Source of the DNA: Candidatus Bathyarchaeota archaeon
GTDB taxonomy: Archaea; Thermoproteota; Bathyarchaeia; Bathyarchaeales; Bathycorpusculaceae
NCBI GenBank assembly: GCA_963815095.1
Contig: CAWFFH010000004.1
Coordinates: forward strand, 192,001-256,000
DNA length: 64,000 nt
Reading direction: 5' to 3'
Shown here: positions 31,185-40,953 of the stretch, one piece after another
Layout of the letters: every line of letters begins with the position of its first letter
Numbering within the stretch: the stretch's first letter is position 1
The notes under the pieces: model-generated
The model's input: the letters and a program-made list of their open reading frames with translations, nothing else
The model's database searches: none
Told to the model about the DNA's origin: nothing
Made by a program: the position numbers and the translations under genes

Positions 31185-32049
31185 ATGGTTGACACATATC
31201 ACTCCGACCAAGAAAAATTCTATTACGTGACCGAAGGCTCCTTCGGCGTTGTTCCAGCGACTCCAGCGATGCTTGGGCACTCCTGCAGCAACATTGACCC
31301 GGACATAAACCCAAACAACATCAGAGTTCCAGGAACAGGTTCAGTGGATGCGGTAGCGCTTAAACAAGGCTTAAGACAGCCCACGCTGCAATTGAAGTAT
31401 CCGATTCCTTCAGATGCACCAATTAATCTTTTGCAGTATGTTAAGCAGGAGCTAAACAACAGCCTCACCCTCCAGGTGCTCTACTACAAAGACATTTTCG
31501 CCACAGCAACCGACATCATAAGCCTACTCTATAAGGGCGCACGCTTCAACAATGCAACGCTCACATGCGACATAGACGGTCTTTTGGAGTGCGAAGCAGA
31601 ATTTCTAGCCCAAGACATCGAAGTAACCACAGCTAAAATCGCAGATGCAACCTACACCGATTATGCTGGCGCCGTTTCAGGCAGTGAAAGCTACGTCAAA
31701 ATAGGCGGTGTATCTTGTGAGCGGGTTACTTCTTGGAAACTTTCAGATTGACAACTCTTGCAAACCTGTCCCAGTCATCAGATCAGTCAATGGGCACTTA
31801 GCCAAGTACATCCCATGGGGCAAGCGTCTTCTAACTGGAGAATTGAACTTTGAGTTTGAAAGCAAACAAGAAGCCGACGACATTTTAGCCGACACAGAGC
31901 AATCCAGCTTAGAGTTTGGGCTTGGCGGAGCCAACAAAGTTAATGTTGCTTACGCAAAGTGGGATGATTTTTCTTTGAGCGGTAAATCTGAGGATTTGAT
32001 CTATGCCAAAGTTCCTTTCACGGCCAGAGGACCGCTTACAATTTCATAG
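31185..32049 (+). CDS. major tail tube protein (frameshift near 31740)
   Basis: YYVTEGSFGVVPATP N-terminus; W...IDN....V......L...P.G.R..TGEL.FEFE; GGTGA RBS. Confidence 0.75.
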
Positions 32050-32060
32050 GAGCTGAAAAA

Positions 32061-32595
32061 ATGAAGCAAGACAGTCGTAGAGATTGACAATCGATTTGGA
32101 GAGGAATACCAGGGCAAATATGTTTTCAAAGAGATAACCTGGGCGAAACGGAACCGCATAATCCAAAAGCACACAAAGTACAACAAGTTTAAGCGGAGAC
32201 GTTGAAAGCAGCGATTTCATAGCAATTCAAGCAGAAACCATAATCTGCGAGCATGCATGGGCAACCCGACATCTAAGCCAATTACGCTTGAGAAGCTTCT
32301 AAGCGAAGAAGACGGCATTCCTATTGAGCTTGGCGAAATCTTCTCCAAAGCTGTTAACAGCCTAAATGGCATGGGACATGAAGATTTGCGTTTTTTATTA
32401 GAGCAATTAGACGAGGAAAGCCGCATCCGGCTCTTGTCGAGTTTCGGTTATGCAAAGAATTCGGTTGGACCCCAACAGAGCTCGCAAAGCAGCCAGCCCG
32501 AACAGTCGTAGGAGTTCTGCCACATCTTAAAAGAGATGGACGAAATGGCGAAGAAAGAAAAAAAAAAGGCGGAGCGTGAAGCAAAACGGCGATAG
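32061..32595 (+). CDS. tail assembly chaperone pair (G/GT-like) with -1 slippery site
   Basis: Follows the tube gene; T TTT TTA at 32391-32397 leads in the -1 frame to LCKEFGWTPTEL..QP. Confidence 0.65.
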
Positions 32596-32953
32596 AAGTA
32601 ACCTGCGACATCGAAGGCATAGAAGAATTCAAAGTGCCATGCAGCGATTCGATTCAGGGATGCAGCGTGAGGTCCATAGCTTTTTGGCTAGTTGGGCTGC
32701 CGACGTAAAAGCCGAGGCGCAAAGAATTGTTCCTGTCCGTACAGGTTATCTTCGAAGCACAATTTATGCGAAGGTTCAGGAATGGGTCGTGGAAGTTGGG
32801 GCAGATGCCGCTTATGCCTTATTCGTTGAATTAGGTACCAAGTACATGCAAGCGCATCCTTACCTTTACCCTGCCATCCAAGAGTACCTTCCACAATTGG
32901 AATCCGTTGTTATCGCGGCTATTGAGCAAGCAAAAGCGGAGGCTGGGCTATGA
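32588..32953 (+). CDS. HK97 gp10-family tail/neck protein
   Basis: AQRIVPVRTGYLRSTI...YALFVELGT.YM.AHPYLYPA; 5' end frameshifted. Confidence 0.85.
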   Translation, partial: GDRSNLRHRRHRRIQSAMQRFDSGMQREVHSFLASWAADVKAEAQRIVPVRTGYLRSTIYAKVQEWVVEVGADAAYALFVELGTKYMQAHPYLYPAIQEYLPQLESVVIAAIEQAKAEAGL

Positions 32954-33534
32954 GCTTCAGAGAAATTGCCCTCACTATCCGAGCGGTAAACCATGCAAGC
33001 ACCGAGTTTAATAGAATCAAAACTGACGCTGAAACCCTTGCAACACGGGTCAAAAGTTTAGGAGCAACTTTAGCTGGTTTAGGCGCTGCGGGAACAGCAA
33101 TTGGATATGTTGCTAACCAGTTTGGAGTTTTGAACGATTCTGAGATGAAAGTTTTCAACTCTTCCATGATGGTTGTTTCAGTCATGGGCATGTTTCTACG
33201 AACAAGTGCAGGGTTAGCAGTTGCTCAAAAGGTCTATTCTGCGGCTTGTTGGGTGGCTACTGCAGCCCAGAATGCCCTAAACATCAGTTACGGAACCTTT
33301 TTAGCTTTAACAGGTGTCGGGATTGCGGTTATTGTTGCGGCTGCCGCTGCCATGGCTTATTTTGCAACCAGCATGAACAATGCAACAGCTAGCGTTCAGA
33401 ACTTCAACAGTGCAACAGCTGAGACGCCTACGCATACTCGCAGTATTCAAAGGGCGGGCGAATCGGCGGTTACTTCGGGTTCTCGGAGCAGCGGTTCTTC
33501 TGATGCTTCTTTCTATCGGAGGGGCGTTGAATAA
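32950..33534 (+). CDS. very short tape-measure-like protein
   Basis: IALTIRAVNHAS..F N-terminus; Ala-rich ATAAQNALN...GIAVIVAAAAA typical of tape measures. Confidence 0.6.
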   Translation: MSFREIALTIRAVNHASTEFNRIKTDAETLATRVKSLGATLAGLGAAGTAIGYVANQFGVLNDSEMKVFNSSMMVVSVMGMFLRTSAGLAVAQKVYSAACWVATAAQNALNISYGTFLALTGVGIAVIVAAAAAMAYFATSMNNATASVQNFNSATAETPTHTRSIQRAGESAVTSGSRSSGSSDASFYRRGVE

Positions 33535-34010
33535 GTGAGCGTTAATCCGCCAGTTATGACGATTGCTTTGGGTTCAGTAGGCATTCCTCAAGCTGACGTC
33601 ATAGAAGCCTTGGTTCATTTGGCGTCCACTAAAGAGGTCAGCAGCTGGGAGCTTCATTTACAGAATTGGGATGGAAAATACAGCCCAAACGGCACTTACC
33701 CGCTAAACGTAGGCCAAGACGGACACATCTGCATTGGCAGAGGCGCCAATATCCCTCAGCTCATCACCACAAGAACCGAGAGCATAAAGTTTCAGTCAAC
33801 CCCAACCGAACACTACGTTACCGTAGCTGGGCGATGCTGGGGAGAAAAACTCTTCCGCCAAACCGTAACCAAGGATTATTCGGGTTTCAAAGGCGAAGAC
33901 ATCGTCAAGGACCTCTTAGATTACTATTCAGGGTTAAACCATGTCCGTGGTAGCACTGAACTGGTCGAGAACACAGATACAACATTTTCCGATTTAAAGG
34001 TCAAAGATAC
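33535..34010 (+). pseudogene. tail hub/baseplate-like protein truncated by deletion
   Basis: WELHLQNWDGKY...V.GRCWGEKLF..TVTKDY...GEDIVKDLL; sequence switches to integrase coding near 34010. Confidence 0.6.
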
Positions 34011-34382
34011 GCATTTGGGAATGCTTTTCGAACTCTTAAGAATCGAGTTGCTGAAACACAGAAAAACCCTCGCCTATTAGCTGTTGAACTGAGAGGTTTT
34101 CGGCATTGGGGAGGAACACAGATCGCTTACTACACCAACGGAAACGTACTAACCGTAAAGAAGCTGCTGAGGCATAAGGCTATTAAAAGCACTATGAAGT
34201 ACATCGGCAAAATAAACTTTAAACAAGATCAATTTGAAACAACCGCAGTCACTACAAAAGAAGAAATCTTAGCGTTAGGTTCCTCTGGATGGGTAAAGTA
34301 CGACGAGGTTTCTATTAACGGCCAAATATTCCACTGTTACAAAAAGCCGAAAAGATTCAGCAGTTTGCAAGGAGGAACTTAA
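34011..34382 (+). pseudogene. C-terminal fragment of tyrosine integrase
   Basis: Frame read by hand: AFRTLKNRVAETQKNPRLLAVELRGFRHWGGT...VKKLLRHKAIKSTMKYI (R, H and Y catalytic positions); N-terminal part absent. Confidence 0.8.
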
Positions 34383-34521
34383 ACATGTCGAATATCTTAA
34401 AGGATACGAATGTAGGGGTTAAGTTTTCCAGTACGGGGATAAGTACTTTTTCCCAACAATAATCGTTTGGAATTCGGTAAACATTTAAGCTACTGTAGAC
34501 TAGAACTATTGACTTGTCTGT

Positions 34522-34606
34522 GCCGAGGTGGCAGAGTGGTTAACGCGCGGGCCTTGAGAGCCCGTGGACTCTCGAGTCCGCATGGGTTCGAATCCCATCC
34601 TCGGCG
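34522..34606 (+). tRNA. tRNA-Ser(TGA)
   Basis: GCCGAGG/CCTCGGC acceptor stem; CGGGC-CTTGAGA-GCCCG anticodon arm; long variable arm; GGTTCGAATCC; G discriminator. Confidence 0.95.
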
Positions 34607-34815
34607 CTTCCATTTACTTAAAGCAGACTGAATTAAACCCTGATCTGGAATTGAATAAGCGATTCCTATGAAAAGTTGAAGAAGCACCTTAATTCCTTTT
34701 CTTTGGCATGAAGACTTAAAAAAAAATTCAAAATATCGCAAGATGAGAAGAAAAATTAAAAAAACACCTATTCCTTATTTACTCTTGACTTCGTTGTAGT
34801 TTTAGGTGAAAATAT

Positions 34816-34998
34816 ATGAAAGATTTTAAATGCCCCATATGTGGAGCACCCACGGAAAAGATTTGGGAAAATGCAACCAAAACAAAATACGGAATGAAAT
34901 GCACAAAAGGACACACAAAAAAAGGTGGCAAATCAGGTGATTCAATAATAGTGGAGTATCCCGTATTTCTTGTTCCAGAAGAAGAACTTGTGATGTAG
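34816..34998 (+). CDS. small zinc-ribbon protein
   Basis: CPICG...CTKGH; AGGTGA RBS. Confidence 0.65.
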   Translation: MKDFKCPICGAPTEKIWENATKTKYGMKCTKGHTKKGGKSGDSIIVEYPVFLVPEEELVM

Positions 34999-35134
34999 AG
35001 AATAGGCGCTTTTTTTTGATAGTTATAGAATCGTTGTATCTTCTAACAAAAATTTATCCTCACTATAGAATAACCCTTGCACCTAAGAACTCTATTTTTG
35101 AACAAGAAACCAATAAACAAGGAAATTTTTGTAG

Positions 35135-35854
35135 TTAAGATAGCTCTTTAATGTAGCCGTCTACCGCTTCATTAGATAGCATACTCCATTTCTTTGTTGC
35201 TATCGGTATCACGGCAATCTTTATTCTTAGCGGAAGCTGTCTCGTTTGTAACGCTTTTACTAAACATTTTACTGCGAGCTTAATGCTTTTTTCAAGAGTT
35301 AAATCTTCACGATGTTCTTCTTTTAGCATTGATAGAACTGTTTCTGTTCCTGCACCTACGGCTGTAGCTTTGTATCCTGTGTAGTTTCCACTTGGATGAG
35401 TCCCGAAGACATGTGGACCTGTTTTGTCGACCCCAGCTAAGATCATGGCAACTCCGAAGGGTCGTCCACCACCATGTTGCGTATATGTTTGTTGTGTGTC
35501 ACATATTTTTTTGGTTGCAGCTTCTATGTCGATGGGTTCATCATATGTCAGTTTATTGCTTTGGGCGTTGATACGTGCTTGGTCGATTAGGACTCTTGCG
35601 TCCGAACTTAAGCCTATAATAGCTGCTCCGATGTGTTCGTCTACTTGAAAAATTTTCCATGAGCGTCTTTCTTCTTCAAGGACGTCTACATTTTCTTCTG
35701 AACCCAGAACAACGCCTTCTGCACATCGGATACCTAAAATGGTGCCTCCACGATTTACTAATTCTCGGGCATATTCGACTTGGTAAAGTCGTCCATCAGG
35801 CGAGAAAACAGTTGAGTTATAATCATATGCTCCTGGTTGTGCAAATGCCGCCAT
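35135..35854 (-). CDS. psmA: proteasome alpha subunit
   Basis: YD...TVFSPDGRLYQVEYA, GL.SDARVL, YTQHGG.RPFGV. Confidence 0.93.
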   Translation of the reverse strand: MAAFAQPGAYDYNSTVFSPDGRLYQVEYARELVNRGGTILGIRCAEGVVLGSEENVDVLEEERRSWKIFQVDEHIGAAIIGLSSDARVLIDQARINAQSNKLTYDEPIDIEAATKKICDTQQTYTQHGGGRPFGVAMILAGVDKTGPHVFGTHPSGNYTGYKATAVGAGTETVLSMLKEEHREDLTLEKSIKLAVKCLVKALQTRQLPLRIKIAVIPIATKKWSMLSNEAVDGYIKELS

Positions 35855-36038
35855 AGTTTTACCTCTATTTCACAATCTAACTTTACACGTTCTATAGACT
35901 CATATAAGGATGCGCTCGGTTCAAAGTTGATTGATTTTTTATAGCCTGTTGAATTATTTTAAACTGCAAACCTTAAAGGGAGCTTAAATGGTTTTCAAAA
36001 TTATTCTTGTGGTTTGAATCTTAGTTATTTCTTGAAGA

Positions 36039-36251
36039 TTATTCTTTATCACGCTTTGCAATAATAAGACCTAAAACTAAAAATGCGAAAGCAATGATGT
36101 AAAGAAATCCGATGATGAAAACTATCATAATGCTAAGCCAATAAGGTTGATTTTGAATAAATTTTTCGAAGACTGCCAATATTGTCAATACAAAGGCTGG
36201 AACTAAGAAAACCAATCCAATAACAATTAAGAACAGCGACACTTTACCCAT
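36039..36251 (-). CDS. small 2-TM protein
   Basis: MGKVSLFLIVIG... two hydrophobic helices. Confidence 0.5.
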   Translation of the reverse strand: MGKVSLFLIVIGLVFLVPAFVLTILAVFEKFIQNQPYWLSIMIVFIIGFLYIIAFAFLVLGLIIAKRDKE

Positions 36252-36385
36252 AGAAAACTCGATATACTTTGAATTGTTTAAGCTTTTACAAGACTTAACT
36301 AATTCAATTTTCCGCCATCTGCAAACGCTCAAACCCTTCCCGATCAAGCGTTTCCTCTTCAATTTTATCTTCACTTATATTTCTA

Positions 36386-36712
36386 TTATGAAAGACGAAA
36401 AGAAATGTTACTCCGTTTAAGGAGTTGTAGGCGCTTTCCTATTTCTGTTTTAATTTCATAATCGCTTTCTTTGGACAAAGCTTTGGATAATAGTTTTTTT
36501 GCCAAAGGGATGCTTTCTTCACCGAACATTTTTCTAAAAGTAGAGTGACCAGAATGCAATGACTGAGGCAATGGCAATACACAAACAAAATTCATCGGGT
36601 ACTCCTTGGATTTGTCTGAGTCGACAACCACAAAATGTACTTCTGTTTTCGGGTAGTCAAGTCTTCCAACTTCTTTTTTAAATAGAATCAAATGCGGCTT
36701 CATTAAAACCAT
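36386..36712 (-). CDS. hypothetical protein
   Basis: 108-aa ORF with protein-like composition. Confidence 0.6.
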   Translation of the reverse strand: MVLMKPHLILFKKEVGRLDYPKTEVHFVVVDSDKSKEYPMNFVCVLPLPQSLHSGHSTFRKMFGEESIPLAKKLLSKALSKESDYEIKTEIGKRLQLLKRSNISFRLS

Positions 36713-37106
36713 ATCCGTTAAAAAGAATAATATATGTTCGGTAATTGGAGTTTATTTTCTTAGCGATACAATATATGTCAATCAACTAACATGAAAAATC
36801 TAATCTTTATGCGGAAATGTGTAAACTCAACATCATACTGACGATTAAGTCAACGAAACAGCCATACTTTTTACAAATTATTTATAAACTAAAATCAAAG
36901 TCGCCCAATGAGCAATTAATCCTCTTGTCGTTATGGAGTCATTGAATGGTTGGATCCAGACGCGGTTTTCTGCACTGACATAATGGAATTTGATTGAAAA
37001 AAAGAACCGGTTGAACTCCAAATCCATCGGTCGGACCACTATATGAGCATATTATAAGTGCTTAAATTCTAAGGCTGAACAAAGAGTGGATCAACGGTGC
37101 CCTTGA

Positions 37107-37427
37107 ATGGAAATAATTGATGAATCTACTAAGCAATCCCAAGATAAAAATAACAAAACAACTAATCAGAAATCCCTAAAGAAATATATTAGATGCCCAG
37201 AGTGCGGTGAACCAATCCTTATGGTCCCATCTTTGGACGAAATGATTGTGTCAATTGACAATCACTTAACTTCCCATAGAAAACATCTACATAATGACCT
37301 AACAGTTGTTCACCTAAAAAAGCCCGCTCTTCAGCTAGACCTCGCTCAACAAGCCTTACAGCAGGCTTCATACATAATGAATCCCTCTCAGAAACCCAGC
37401 TTTGGCTTTAGAGACCTTCCATTATAA
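37107..37427 (+). CDS. CxxC/HxxxH zinc-finger protein
   Basis: IRCPECGEPIL...IDNHLTSH. Confidence 0.65.
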   Translation: MEIIDESTKQSQDKNNKTTNQKSLKKYIRCPECGEPILMVPSLDEMIVSIDNHLTSHRKHLHNDLTVVHLKKPALQLDLAQQALQQASYIMNPSQKPSFGFRDLPL

Positions 37428-37624
37428 TCAAATCAAAGCGGCACTAGTCAAATTCACCCGTACTACTCAACGGGATTCCTTTTTTGCTTTCCGCGAGCTA
37501 CTTGCACGCTTACCAATTGTTAAAAAGATCCTGATTTAGGGTTATTTCGTTCGTAACAATTAAACTTGAATATTCCAGATTTCCGTAAGGTTACTTAATT
37601 TTCTGAAATTAACTCCGCAATCTA

Positions 37625-37873
37625 TTAGGCGGTTGATTCTTCGTTTTCTTCTTTGTCGGTAGTTCGGTTTATTCTCAAAAGAAAAATCATTAGACAAATG
37701 AAAACAAGTGCCAAGATTGAACTTCCAATGGTTCTTTCAATAGAACTTTGAGATTTGTAAAACCAGATTGCAAAGAGAATTTCTGCCACCAAAAGCATTA
37801 CCGCAAGAAGTGAATATGGACCTGATATTTTGGTCGGGTCAATTCTGTTTCTTTGGTAGATAATTCTTGTCAA
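37625..37873 (-). CDS. small 2-TM protein
   Basis: Two TM segments; AGGTGA RBS. Confidence 0.55.
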   Translation of the reverse strand: MTRIIYQRNRIDPTKISGPYSLLAVMLLVAEILFAIWFYKSQSSIERTIGSSILALVFICLMIFLLRINRTTDKEENEESTA

Positions 37874-38194
37874 GATAATTCACCTTAAGAAACCAAGATG
37901 CGAGGTTGCCTATTACATTGATTAACAACATTTTCAGCGTATTATCCGAGGTAAAATCTTTCTAGACTAGAAATGCTTTGGGCAATATTCCAAAATCAGC
38001 CTTTATATACCGAACTTGCTACCTTTGAAGCAAAATTAAGATTTTTGGTGTACAATGAGGTAGTTTTTGCGGATGTTCTGAGGAGGTGATTTCTAGGCTA
38101 GAATCATTTTAGCGGGAGCATTTCTGAGATAAATGATAAATGGACACGATAATTTTGGTTGCTGCGGGGGCGAAACTCGAAATCAAATGGGCTT

Positions 38195-38416
38195 CTATAA
38201 TGCTTTCTTCGACGGTCCCTTGTCGATTATTTGTATACAGATAATTTTGTCTATTTGGCTTGCTTTAATTTCCAGTTTATGGTTCCGAAGGCATTGCATC
38301 ATTTCGTGAAGTTCTTTTGGAAAGTTTAAAGAAATCTGTTCGTACTGATAAACTCGTTTGCCATTCTTGTACCGTTTTATTATCTTGCTAAATCGTAACT
38401 TCACCATATAATTCAC
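38195..38416 (-). CDS. small basic protein (possible AbrB-like DNA binder) directly after polB2
   Basis: 1-nt gap from the polB2 stop; KRVYQYEQISLNFPKE. Confidence 0.55.
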   Translation of the reverse strand: MNYMVKLRFSKIIKRYKNGKRVYQYEQISLNFPKELHEMMQCLRNHKLEIKASQIDKIICIQIIDKGPSKKAL

Positions 38417-38417
38417 T

Positions 38418-40715
38418 TCATTTTTTACAGTACCTCAAAAGGTTGTTTTGGTTTTTTCCTACAACTGCCTCATAGACCGATTGTGTTGTATAGTCATCAA
38501 AGCTAAGCAAGTTGGCTGCTGAGGCGTAGAGTAAAGACAAGTATCTCTTTGCGTCGGGGTTAGTACGTTCATCTAATAGTTGAGCTGCTTTGACTCTACG
38601 CTCATGCCGTTTATCTTCTGAATGGGTGAAAACAAAGTTTACATTATTGCCCGCGTGAACTTCGGAGCCTTCCTTAATCAGCTGCTCTGCAGCGATAACT
38701 TGGCTTACGTGCTGCTTATAATGCTTGGGGTTTTTTGATAAATGTTTGGAGATAATCAAATCCTCAACAGGGACTTCTCCAGTGAGTAGTTTTTGCCGGT
38801 AAGCCTTTACCACATTGAGGGCTTCAGGAATTTTTTGCATAAACTCCTTTGAGTTATTAGCCTTGGAAAATACGTTGATCATGTCCATTTGTGCATTGTA
38901 AACAAATCGGGGTGTATCGTGTTTGCGTACTTCAATGCCCCTGACTTTTAGTTTTCCATTCTCCATCACTCCATAGTAGCGATTTAAGACGCCGATGTTT
39001 GGGTGCATTTTTGAGGGCAAGAAAACAATCCATTTGTACCTGCCTTCATAAATTAGAGGAACACCAATGTCCTTGCTTACCTTTTCGCAGAGGTCTACAT
39101 AATCTTCGCGGGTAGCATCGTCCTTTTTGAGCCACAAGGAATCCACAATTCCATGCAGAACCTCAAACCCTCGACTCTCAGATATTCTAGCAGCTCTAAG
39201 AAACGCATCTCTGCCAAACGCACAAACCCCAATGTGACCATCCACTGTTCCGAATTTAGCGTTTCTGTATCCCAAATAGCCAAAACAAGTTACCAAAATC
39301 CACTTCAAAGCGTTTTGTCTGTTATCATACATTTCTTTAAGTTTAGAATTCATCACCTCATCTCTCAATCGCTTATACTGCAATCGCTTTTTTACAACAA
39401 GCTTCAGGGCTTTCGGAACAACCCCGATTCTTTTCTCGCAGATGTTATAGTTCAATTCTGGTATGCGTAAGTGCGAGTCTGGGCAGCATTTGCAAAGAAC
39501 GGTTTCAGCTGAGATGTTGTTGTTAACCATTAAACTTGGATACATTGAAGAGAAATCAACCTCTCCGGTGTTGTCGTGGATGCCTACTTTTGGTTCATAG
39601 ACAAAACCTCCACGATCTGCCGCGAGAAGTTCGTAGGCTGATTTGAAGGCTTCAGGGATGCTCTTGTTTCTTGGTATCAAAATTTCTTGTTTAAATGCCT
39701 CGTAAAATTGCAGCGAAGACATGCTTGAGCCGATGGATGAACGTGATGAAGTGTGCAGGGGTGCTCGGCAGATTCTTGCTATTTCAAACAACCCTTGAAA
39801 GCTGGCTTCATTAAGGATGAAAGTATTACCTGCGTCGATGTGAACTCTTCCATAAAGCCGAACGGTTGGAGCTTTGTAAAATGTGCGTCCATAAGAAAAG
39901 AATGTTTTTCCCTGCTGAGCTTTGGGAACAAATGGAACCTCATCGCGGCTTAAGATAAATTTGTCAGCAACGTTGCTTACTATTGCTCGCTGCAGCATGT
40001 ATGAGAAAAGGTATGAGTCTCCACCATTTGTTACAATGATATCTGGGTCAAGTTCCTTTACCATCTTGCTCAACTGAAGAAGTTTATCTGCTTCATCCCC
40101 TGAATCGATAACTACGTTTTTTTCTTCTTGCTCTAAGTTTACACACGCTATAGAATCTTGCAGGCTTGCAATCTTACCCTCTTTTGCGATTTCGATTTTG
40201 AGCTGCATTATTCTTAGCGGTGGAATCACGTAATCTATTCTTTCAACAGAATCCATCAAAGAGTACTTTAATCCAGATTTTGAGGTTTCAACTTCTAAAA
40301 AAGCAAGAGGGAATAGGTCGTGAGTAAAAAAGTAGGTTCGATCGCCGCGTAAATCGCAGTTATGAACTTCAAGCCGCAAGTAGTCGCCTATTTTCAATAT
40401 TTGATTAGTTAAAGATGAAACTCTTCTGCAATCTTTGAGAGTGATCTCTAAAACGCGGGATTTTTCAGCGTCGGTTGGCTGAGCAAATTTGTATACAAAG
40501 TTCCAATTGGCAATATCTGGGTTTGAATAGATACACCCAACCAGTTTTTCAACGTCTTCTTTTTTGCCTGAGACGTAAATCTGCGGTTGAAATTTGTCAG
40601 TTAGTCTGATTCTTTGGCCATTTTCACTTATTATCCAAACTGCCATTTCTCCAACGTTAGATGGATAAACGTCGAATATCCAGCCTCGAATCTTAGGGCT
40701 GGCGTTTGACTGCAT
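38418..40715 (-). CDS. polB2: family B DNA polymerase, PolB2 subfamily
   Basis: Motif A DFSSMYPS, motif B KWILVTCFGYLG, degenerate motif C HGIVDS; exonuclease motifs degenerate. Confidence 0.9.
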   Translation of the reverse strand: MQSNASPKIRGWIFDVYPSNVGEMAVWIISENGQRIRLTDKFQPQIYVSGKKEDVEKLVGCIYSNPDIANWNFVYKFAQPTDAEKSRVLEITLKDCRRVSSLTNQILKIGDYLRLEVHNCDLRGDRTYFFTHDLFPLAFLEVETSKSGLKYSLMDSVERIDYVIPPLRIMQLKIEIAKEGKIASLQDSIACVNLEQEEKNVVIDSGDEADKLLQLSKMVKELDPDIIVTNGGDSYLFSYMLQRAIVSNVADKFILSRDEVPFVPKAQQGKTFFSYGRTFYKAPTVRLYGRVHIDAGNTFILNEASFQGLFEIARICRAPLHTSSRSSIGSSMSSLQFYEAFKQEILIPRNKSIPEAFKSAYELLAADRGGFVYEPKVGIHDNTGEVDFSSMYPSLMVNNNISAETVLCKCCPDSHLRIPELNYNICEKRIGVVPKALKLVVKKRLQYKRLRDEVMNSKLKEMYDNRQNALKWILVTCFGYLGYRNAKFGTVDGHIGVCAFGRDAFLRAARISESRGFEVLHGIVDSLWLKKDDATREDYVDLCEKVSKDIGVPLIYEGRYKWIVFLPSKMHPNIGVLNRYYGVMENGKLKVRGIEVRKHDTPRFVYNAQMDMINVFSKANNSKEFMQKIPEALNVVKAYRQKLLTGEVPVEDLIISKHLSKNPKHYKQHVSQVIAAEQLIKEGSEVHAGNNVNFVFTHSEDKRHERRVKAAQLLDERTNPDAKRYLSLLYASAANLLSFDDYTTQSVYEAVVGKNQNNLLRYCKK

Positions 40716-40953
40716 CTAAAGCCTTCTCTAATCGTTTAATCTTCACTTGCTGGGAAAGTAGAATTGATATGACCATGGGTTCAAAAAGAATAGGGTTAGT
40801 CGCGTTGCTTCCAGCTGAAGCATAGCTTCTGCAGGCATCCATCAAAGCTTCAAAAGCTGCTTTATCTTCAATTCTTAGTGCTTTCTCAAAGCCGTTCCAT
40901 CGATTGATTTCATCTTCCAATGCCATCCGATAGGATTCAACGGTTTTACCCAT
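40693..40953 (-). CDS. small helical PolB2-associated protein
   Basis: MGKTVESYR......W..F..ALR.ED...F..L; lies between the RecA-like gene and polB2. Confidence 0.8.
   Translation of the reverse strand: MGKTVESYRMALEDEINRWNGFEKALRIEDKAAFEALMDACRSYASAGSNATNPILFEPMVISILLSQQVKIKRLEKALDAVKRQP

Larger units (their letters stand above)
16825..34449 (+). mobile_element. integrated head-tail (Caudoviricetes-like) provirus or provirus remnant
   Basis: HK97-type capsid, portal, neck and tail genes at 24.5-34.0 kb, a tyrosine integrase fragment next to tRNA-Ser and wHTH genes at the left; ends tentatively set by the 10-bp direct repeat TAAGTACTTT. Confidence 0.8.

Noticed and set aside
34522-34606. 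tRNA-Ser 3' end as the provirus attB
   Set aside because: The element is on the 5' side of the tRNA and no duplicated tRNA fragment was found at the left end
38418-40715. Viral or casposon-type protein-primed polymerase
   Set aside because: Motifs and neighbours match cellular PolB2; no TIRs, Cas1 or capsid genes are adjacent
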